A stretch of DNA of 21,289 nt from Verrucomicrobiota bacterium (GTDB lineage: Bacteria > Verrucomicrobiota > Verrucomicrobiia > Chthoniobacterales > UBA6821): the NCBI GenBank assembly GCA_008932965.1, contig WBXG01000030.1, forward strand, positions 1 to 21,289. The letters are read 5' to 3'. Below are positions 18,047-21,289 of this stretch, in pieces. Position 1 is the first letter of the stretch, and every line of letters starts with the position of its first letter. The notes under the pieces were generated by a model, which made no database searches, was not told where the DNA came from, and worked only from the letters and a program-made list of their open reading frames with translations. The position numbers were made by a program, and so were the translations under genes.

Positions 18047-18846
18047 TGAAAAATCCGATTTCATTTGCAACAAGGATCAAAGCCTACGATATCGGAGTTG
18101 CTAATGTTACCAATCTCCTCTTTGAATGGCCTATTAGAAAGGCCCCTAGGCTTGCATTGCCATTCTTTATTTTTTTTGCAGCTCTTCTTCACCTCTCCAC
18201 AATTTATATTTTCAACATTGTTTATGAACCACCTCATACCAGCAAGGTAACGACAGCTCAGGTTTTTTTCTTGTTACCCGAGTCGCAAGCATCACAACAG
18301 ATGGCCCTCTGGCTCAAGGCCAATGATCCTGCTGTTTTTTCACCTCTAAAAACCATTCAGTACAATCAACCAAAAACCCCAGAAACAATCTATCAACTCA
18401 GCCAACCGACCCCTTCATTACATTCCTTGCCACATGCCAATGAAGATATACTCACTTCCCTATTGCCTCCGATTAATGAATTGGTACTTCCTAAAACTTT
18501 GCTATCCCCACTGCATTCATCTACTCCTCAAGAGGTGATTGTTCCACCTCCCATCAGTAAAACAACCACTGTGGAGCCGTTAGAAAAGCTAGCACTACGA
18601 GCTCCGATTCCCATTTCTAATTTGGGTTATCCATTATTACCTCCAGGAATCAGCACTCCAAAATATCCTACGATGCTCACCGTCAATATTGATTCTTTAG
18701 GAATTCCACGTCATGTCATTATCACCCAATCGTCTCAAAATGATGCTGCAGACCAAGCAGCAACCGAGTGGCTCATGAAAAGTCGCTTTGTACCAGCAAA
18801 GGAAGGGACATGGGGACCTCTTTTAATTTATTGGGGAAATAAATAA
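18046..18846 (+). CDS. TonB-like energy transducer (266 aa)
   Basis: The ATG at 18046 overlaps the exbD stop (TAATG). One TM helix contains a His (FFAALLHLSTIY). A Pro/Ser/Thr-rich linker follows. The C-terminus (MLTVNIDSLGIPRHVIITQSSQNDAADQAATEWLMKSRFVPAKE) resembles the TonB C-terminal domain. TolA-like identity is not excluded. Confidence 0.6.
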   Translation: MKNPISFATRIKAYDIGVANVTNLLFEWPIRKAPRLALPFFIFFAALLHLSTIYIFNIVYEPPHTSKVTTAQVFFLLPESQASQQMALWLKANDPAVFSPLKTIQYNQPKTPETIYQLSQPTPSLHSLPHANEDILTSLLPPINELVLPKTLLSPLHSSTPQEVIVPPPISKTTTVEPLEKLALRAPIPISNLGYPLLPPGISTPKYPTMLTVNIDSLGIPRHVIITQSSQNDAADQAATEWLMKSRFVPAKEGTWGPLLIYWGNK

Positions 18847-18928
18847 AAACATCTGACTGTACCGAAGGCCCTTTATTACTCGTTTTTTTTGCCATAAGAA
18901 ATTTTCCTCCGCCGCCACCGCACCCACT

Positions 18929-19168
18929 ATGATTCAGCTGACCCTCCCTTGGTTTGTTTTTATTTATCTTACAGTTTTTCTTGCTGGAATCTTAATCTTT
19001 TGGATAGGATATGAGATGCTTCAAAAACGATTATCTTACTCGGCTTCCCGACAAACGACCCGCTGTCGTATCTGCAGCGGACTTCTAACTCCCTCTTCTT
19101 CTAACGAGCTCTTACGCTGTCCCTCCTGTGGAAGCCTCAATGAGTCTCATCATCAAGGAGGACTCTAA
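18929..19168 (+). CDS. Small membrane-anchored zinc-ribbon protein (79 aa)
   Basis: N-terminal TM helix (LPWFVFIYLTVFLAGILIFWIGY) followed by CRIC-x16-CPSC (two CxxC pairs). The stop lies 2 nt before the guaB3 ATG, and the guaB3 Shine-Dalgarno sits inside the last codons of this ORF. Confidence 0.55.
   Translation: MIQLTLPWFVFIYLTVFLAGILIFWIGYEMLQKRLSYSASRQTTRCRICSGLLTPSSSNELLRCPSCGSLNESHHQGGL
19156..19161 (+). promoter_or_regulatory. Shine-Dalgarno AGGAGG for guaB3, embedded in the 3' end of the upstream small ORF
   Basis: AGGAGG lies 9 nt upstream of the ATG at 19171. Confidence 0.6.
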
Positions 19169-19170
19169 TT

Positions 19171-20349
19171 ATGGGTATGTGGATTGGAAGAAACCGTAAG
19201 GCCCGCGTTACTTACGGATTTGACGAAATCGCGCTTGTTCCTGGAAGCTTCACCATCAATCCAGAGGAGGTCGATACAACCTTCTCGATTCCAGGAAAAA
19301 AGGGGAAATCTCTGAGCCTCTCTATTCCAATCATGGCTAGCGCAATGGATGGAGTGGTCGATGTACGATTTGCTATTGCTATGGGAAAATTAGGTGGACT
19401 AGCGGTTCTCAACCTAGATGGAGTTCAAACACGCTACGAAGATCCTGATTCTATTCTCGCAGAGGTGCTCACAGCAGATAAGGATCATGTTACAGCATTA
19501 CTTCAAAAAATGTACCAAGAGCCTGTTCGTGATGACCTCATCGCCAAAAGAGTCTCCGATATTAAGGCTGCAGGAGGTCTTGTTGCAGTAAGCTCTATTC
19601 CTCAACGAGCTGGCCATGTCGGTCCTATTGCAGCAGAAGCGGGAGCAGATCTTTTTGTTGTCCAAAGCACTGTCTCCACAGTCCGTCATCTCTCCACAAA
19701 ATATCCTTCACTCGATTTAGCTCACTTTTGTGCATCGATGCCAATCCCAGTTATTGTTGGCAATGCTGTAGGATATGAAGTCACCTTAGAATTAATGGAA
19801 TGTGGGGTGAGCGGTGTTCTTATTGGGGTTGGTCCAGGGGCTGCGTGTACATCACGAGGTGTTTTAGGGCTCGGCGTTCCTCAGGTTACGGCTACTGTTG
19901 ATTGCGCTGCAGCGCGCGATGCCTATTACAAAAAGACAAGCCGCTATATTCCTATCATTACCGATGGAGGCATGAGCAAGGGTGGAGATGTCTGCAAGGC
20001 CTTAGCATGCGGCTCCGACGCCGTCATGGTTGGAAGTGCTTTTGCAAAAGCCTTTGAAGCACCTGGTAAGGGGTATCATTGGGGTATGGCAACTCCACAT
20101 GCCAATCTTCCTCGCGGAACACGCATCCATGTGGGTGCAACGGGATCTCTTGAGCAAATTCTTTTTGGACCTGCGGTCGTTGATGATGGAAGTCAAAATC
20201 TTGTGGGAGCCATTACGACCTGTATGGGTAATGTTGGGGCTAGTACCATTAAGGAATTCCAAGAGACAGAAATTATCATTGCTCCATCCATTAAAACAGA
20301 GGGGAAACTTTTCCAAACCGTTCAAAACGTCGGAATGGGGACCCGCTAA
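19171..20349 (+). CDS. guaB3: GuaB3-family IMP dehydrogenase-related protein (no CBS insert)
   Basis: The N-terminus IGRNRKARVTYGFDEIALVPG matches the GuaB3-type start as I recall it from mycobacterial GuaB3. IMPDH-like TIM barrel with an IGVGPGAACTSRGVLGLGVPQ catalytic-Cys loop and GGMSKGGDVCKALACGSDAVMVGS. At 392 aa it lacks the Bateman/CBS subdomain. Confidence 0.85.
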   Translation: MGMWIGRNRKARVTYGFDEIALVPGSFTINPEEVDTTFSIPGKKGKSLSLSIPIMASAMDGVVDVRFAIAMGKLGGLAVLNLDGVQTRYEDPDSILAEVLTADKDHVTALLQKMYQEPVRDDLIAKRVSDIKAAGGLVAVSSIPQRAGHVGPIAAEAGADLFVVQSTVSTVRHLSTKYPSLDLAHFCASMPIPVIVGNAVGYEVTLELMECGVSGVLIGVGPGAACTSRGVLGLGVPQVTATVDCAAARDAYYKKTSRYIPIITDGGMSKGGDVCKALACGSDAVMVGSAFAKAFEAPGKGYHWGMATPHANLPRGTRIHVGATGSLEQILFGPAVVDDGSQNLVGAITTCMGNVGASTIKEFQETEIIIAPSIKTEGKLFQTVQNVGMGTR

Positions 20350-20365
20350 AGGGAAGCCAGGAGCA

Positions 20366-20986
20366 ATGGGCAAGGAGTTTTTGAATACTTTATTGAAAAT
20401 GATTTTTTTGAAGAAAACTCAGTATCAATTATTTCTTTTACTTCAAAGAGCAGGATCACAGCAACTCTTCACTCTGTACTCCTTAGCCTTTACTGCCTCT
20501 GCTTTCCTTCTCCCTGGCTGCATGACCGTAGAGCCTCAGGTGATAAAGCTTGAAAAAGCAAATGCTCTTCCACTTCAGATCAACTCCGATTTTGCATTCC
20601 GAAAAGAAACGCAATTTCTAAACGATCCAAGTACTTTTAGAACGAGCCATTCCGAAGCAGTCAACTTCCAACGCATGGCCTACATGTGGCCTGCTACTAC
20701 CTCTATTGACAAAAATGAACTTCGTGGCAATTACTTTAACTTTTATTGGTGGAATCATGGCCCCCGAGAAGATGTCACGATCCGTTTTGAATACCGTCAG
20801 GCTGGACTCGGCAATGAGGTTATAGCACGTGAAATGACCTATCCTAAAATAGAGGGCTCAGTCTGTTCGATTTTTAAAATTATTGGAGATGATTACCTCG
20901 AAAATGGTCGCGTTACCTGCTGGCGAGCCCTTCTTATCGTCAATAACCGAATTGTTGCAGTGACTCAGTCATTTTTATGGCAGTAA
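20366..20986 (+). CDS. Hypothetical lipoprotein (about 206 aa)
   Basis: The internal ATG at 20366 lies 16 nt after the guaB3 stop. It gives MGKEFLNTLLKMIFLKK...AFTASAFLLPGC, a signal peptide with a lipobox-like LPGC. The ATG at 20399 is an alternative start. The upstream part of ORF 20030..20986 overlaps guaB3 and is rejected. I recognise no family. Confidence 0.65.
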   Translation: MGKEFLNTLLKMIFLKKTQYQLFLLLQRAGSQQLFTLYSLAFTASAFLLPGCMTVEPQVIKLEKANALPLQINSDFAFRKETQFLNDPSTFRTSHSEAVNFQRMAYMWPATTSIDKNELRGNYFNFYWWNHGPREDVTIRFEYRQAGLGNEVIAREMTYPKIEGSVCSIFKIIGDDYLENGRVTCWRALLIVNNRIVAVTQSFLWQ

Positions 20987-21040
20987 CCTTAGTGCCATCA
21001 TATCGTGACACCCCATCCCCTTTTAGAGCGTTTTAAAAGA

Positions 21041-21286
21041 GTTAGCCCAGATGTTTCATGCCGATCACCTGTGAAAACAGGGAAGGCTGATGGATGTTGC
21101 GTTAGCCCGCCTATTTCATACTAGTTCGTCGCGAGGCACCGCGAATCCTGATGCAGACACCACCGGCGGTCGGGAGACTGCGGGCGAGACGAGCGGGAGC
21201 GAGCGAGTCAACGAAGGTAATGGATTGCGACGACGGCTGTATGTTTCATACTGCCCGCGGAGCAATTCGAAGCTGACACAGTATCC
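21041..21286. repeat. GC-rich non-coding repeat block: two 60-nt-phased units (21041, 21101) plus a C-D module (21182-21286), related to 16-310
   Basis: GTTAGCCC-n3-T-n-TTTCAT starts at both 21041 and 21101, exactly 60 nt apart, and each unit ends in CTGATG. 21182-21286 is a direct diverged copy of 208-310. Hand-counted GC of lines 21121-21240 is about 63-65%. Confidence 0.65.
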
Positions 21287-21289
21287 ATC

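Noticed and set aside
20030-20365. The long N-terminal extension of the lipoprotein ORF (track start 20030)
   Set aside because: It overlaps the 3' third of guaB3 in another frame. The ATG at 20366 gives a proper signal peptide and lipobox.
21041-21160. The 60-nt-phased repeats as a possible mini CRISPR array
   Set aside because: There are only two units. The conserved parts are imperfect and split between the unit ends. There are no cas genes, and the same unit occurs head to head at the other end.
21090-21289. An open-ended plus-strand ORF (MDVALARLFHTSSSRGTANPD...) running off the right end. The LAR(I/L/M)FH(A/T) translation is shared by three half-site copies.
   Set aside because: The apparent synonymous or conservative pattern covers only 7 codons. 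Downstream similarity to the left-end copy holds at the DNA level but not in any single frame. I treat it as non-coding repeat, although a truncated gene continuing beyond the window cannot be excluded.
1-21289. The flanking direct repeats as att-like boundaries of a 21-kb genomic island
   Set aside because: The interior is core housekeeping (complex I, metG, lpxL, mgtA) with uniform composition and no integrase or mobility genes. The repeats are diverged and composite rather than short exact duplications. A dispersed repeat family, possibly explaining contig or window ends, is more likely.

Overview
This is a low-GC bacterial chromosomal segment (about 42% GC in the one interior 60-nt line I hand-counted) from a diderm organism. 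It looks mostly housekeeping. A PVC/Verrucomicrobia-like origin is only a weak guess from gene content.

Minus strand (14515 down to 368): the seven membrane-arm genes of respiratory complex I (nuoH-I-J-K-L-M-N), then mgtA (P-type Mg2+ ATPase), metG, an LpxL/HtrB-family lipid A acyltransferase and an entericidin-type mini-lipoprotein.

Plus strand (14689 to 20986): a secreted discoidin-domain glycosidase-like protein, exbB-exbD-tonB-like, a membrane-anchored zinc-ribbon mini-protein placed 2 nt upstream of a GuaB3-type IMPDH-related protein, and an orphan lipoprotein.

I found no tRNA or rRNA, CRISPR array, transposase, integrase, or recognisable defence or toxin genes.

Observations the gene list does not explain:
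(i) Both window ends are GC-enriched non-coding blocks that are diverged copies of one repeat family. They include a perfect 32-nt palindrome, and a half-site recurs in the nuoH/glycosidase divergent region.
(ii) The nuo cluster lacks nuoA-G and has unusually long spacers (79-210 nt). Two of these spacers are filled edge to edge by small ORFs.
(iii) Many start codons are preceded by pyrimidine boxes that resemble the 16S 3' tail (ATCACCTT / CTCCTTT) rather than its complement.
(iv) The ExbD homologue has no acidic residue in its transmembrane helix.

I do not see convincing evidence for a discrete novel multi-gene system. The best follow-up targets are the repeat family, the leader motif and the exbB-to-lipoprotein cluster.
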